DNA from: a virus
Direction: 5' to 3' (one strand)
DNA length: 35,291 bases
UHGV virus genome: UHGV-0392586
Shown here piece after piece: positions 33,983 to 35,291 of this stretch. The notes below the pieces were generated by a model that did not search any database, had not been told where the DNA came from, and saw only the letters and a list, made by a program, of their open reading frames with translations. The position numbers and the translations under genes were made by a program. Positions within the stretch are counted from its first letter, which is position 1, and each line of letters starts with the position of its first letter.

Positions 33983-34560
33983 ATGGAACCAAAGAAAGTA
34001 ACGATAAATTACGCTCTGCTCTGCAAGCAATTGGAGAAGCAGGGCAAGACGAAAAAGGATTCTCCCTAGAAATGGGGAGAAGCGAAAGTTTTGTGAATTA
34101 CATAGCCAATAATCCAGATCAACCAGAAGCGGTGGAACGGATCATGTGTTTGCTACTCGGGCTTGAGCCGGGAAGTCTGGTAAAAGAACCGGAGAAGAAA
34201 GGAATGACCGCAGCACAGGCGCTTACAGTCATCCGGGATGAGATTTTAGATAATCGCAGAATCATGCAGGAGAATTTCGAGAAAATCTGGAACAAGCTGA
34301 ACACCAACACTGTCCAACTGGAAAAGATTAAGGACAAGGTCAACGAGGTATCTAAGACCGATTATGACAAGGCGGCGGAATGGTTAAAAGATAAAATGGC
34401 AGGTGGGCGATATGACGGAGCGAAGCTGCTCATGGAGTCGGATGCCGCGGGAATCAAACGGTCAGATGTCATGAAAGCGAGAAACGAATTAAAAATAAAG
34501 ATACAGACAACCGGATATGGGAAGAACTCGAAAGCATGGTGGAGCTTAGAAAGGGAGTAA
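33983..34560 (+). CDS. XRE-like HTH protein interrupted by -1 frameshift at A-run 34052-34056 (ATG 33983 frame stops at 34069; rest in frame of ORF-track 33928..34560)
   Basis: RBS TTAGGAGGAA before ATG 33983; fused reading gives HTH-like ...LCKQLEKQGKTKK-GFSLEMGRSESFVNYIANN. Confidence 0.5.
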
Positions 34561-34562
34561 AC

Positions 34563-34691
34563 ATGAACAGAAAAAGATACGGTTTTAGAGTCTATAGGAA
34601 ACAGTCTACCGGATTGAGACACGGAAATATGGATTTGTTTACGCGCGGCAGCACAAAGCGGAAGAGAAAGAACAGGGTGAGAGGGAAATGA
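34563..34691 (+). CDS. small basic protein (42 aa)
   Basis: RBS AAGGGAG; ATGA overlap with next gene. Confidence 0.4.
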   Translation: MNRKRYGFRVYRKQSTGLRHGNMDLFTRGSTKRKRKNRVRGK

Positions 34692-34879
34692 CGAACAATG
34701 ATCATTTAAACAACATAACAGGAGAAATTGATACACCAGAAATCTCCGCAGTGAAGATGATACTTACAAGAATAGATGAGGATTTAGAAAACGATCTGTA
34801 CGAAGAAAACCGTGATAAATATCTGAATTTGTACAAGAGCCAAAAAGAGTGGCTGGAAAGAGAGGTTGAAAATGAGTAG
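34688..34879 (+). CDS. hypothetical acidic protein (63 aa)
   Basis: coupled starts/stops. Confidence 0.5.
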   Translation: MTNNDHLNNITGEIDTPEISAVKMILTRIDEDLENDLYEENRDKYLNLYKSQKEWLEREVENE

Positions 34880-35138
34880 ACCAGCGCACTTTCTGGATCC
34901 GTACAAGTTCCAGATCGAAGAGATGGTAAAACTCGGATGCTTGGATGAGCATATCCATAAAGTCTTGCATGACATCCAGAAAATAGAATTCCCGAAAGAA
35001 ACTCTTATCCGGTACATGGATAAGACTGGGATTCGGAAGAGAAGAGCAGCGAAAAGATGGACGCGGAGCAAAGAGGTTGAGTGGGAAGAGCTTTGCAAGC
35101 AGTTGCGAGGAAATAAGAAGAAAATAAACGAAAAATAG
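34866..35138 (+). CDS. hypothetical basic protein (90 aa), possible DNA-binding
   Basis: ORF overlapping previous stop; basic C-terminus. Confidence 0.5.
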   Translation: MKMSRPAHFLDPYKFQIEEMVKLGCLDEHIHKVLHDIQKIEFPKETLIRYMDKTGIRKRRAAKRWTRSKEVEWEELCKQLRGNKKKINEK

Positions 35139-35188
35139 AAAGGAGCCAACCTCCGGCCGGGGCAAGGGTATACCGGGCTTCTGAGAAA

Positions 35189-35291
35189 ATGGATAAAGAG
35201 AAAAAAGCAATCGAAAGAATTAAAATGGCAAGTGAAATGAGTCTGCATCACTATGGTAGACCGCTTATTTGCACATACAGCGGAGGAAAAG
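35189..35291 (+). CDS. PAPS reductase family protein, N-terminal 34 codons incl. PP-loop SGGK(DS); continues at position 1
   Basis: MDKEKKAIERIKMASEMSLHHYGRPLICTYSGGK + (g)at agt gat... = SGGKDSDV PP-loop motif spanning the window junction. Confidence 0.75.
   Translation, partial: MDKEKKAIERIKMASEMSLHHYGRPLICTYSGGK

Larger units (their letters stand above)
1..35291 (+). mobile_element. Complete temperate phage genome (siphovirus-like, serine-integrase type), apparently circular/circularly permuted contig
   Basis: Uninterrupted phage modules (packaging, head, tail, lysis, lysogeny, replication/recombination); gene at window end continues in frame at window start. Confidence 0.8.

Overview
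The window reads as a complete temperate siphovirus-like phage genome from a low-GC Firmicutes (Clostridia-type) host, about 35.3 kb and almost entirely on the + strand. The 3' end of the window encodes the N-terminus of a PAPS-reductase-family gene (MDKEKK...PLICTYSGGK), and position 1 continues the same reading frame (DSDVMLEIF...). The sequence therefore appears to be a closed circular or circularly permuted genome broken inside that gene.

Gene order:
- Early and accessory genes at 1-3641: YopX, DUF551, two unannotated Cys-rich mini-proteins, and an ArpU/sigma-region-4-like late regulator.
- A structured non-coding island at 3642-4124: extended -10 promoter, RNA hairpin, terminator, a degenerate tRNA-like element, several perfect hairpins and a tRNA with anticodon UAU.
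- Packaging and head genes: TerS, TerL, portal, MuF/SPP1-gp7-like minor head protein, a 503-aa protein in an unusual position, scaffold and major capsid.
- Connector and tail genes: connector proteins, major tail protein, a chaperone pair, a Com-like Zn-ribbon protein, tape measure, Dit and a collagen-repeat Tal.
- Lysis genes: holin, a 29-aa peptide and an amidase.
- Lysogeny module on the - strand: large serine integrase with a candidate attP, a bPH-domain protein and a lipoprotein (candidate superinfection-exclusion or abortive-infection pair), XRE regulators, and a CI-like repressor with divergent autoregulated promoters and TTGTT-N4-AACAA operators.
- Early region: antirepressor, T5orf172 protein, a cluster of at least six tiny ORFs (candidate anti-defence island), Sak/Rad52-like SSAP, NinB, an HNH-like protein, RusA and a replisome organizer.

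Notable anomalies:
- A G9 homopolymer at the portal 3' end whose -1 frame runs 57 more codons to abut the next gene.
- An A-run frameshift that splits an XRE-HTH gene.
- A candidate cis-antisense sRNA between int and the bPH gene, with strong promoter, UUCG hairpin and terminator.
- A second operator-controlled promoter that drives a 32-aa ORF convergent on the repressor gene.
- A stop-start junction TAAcATG between the two tail chaperones.
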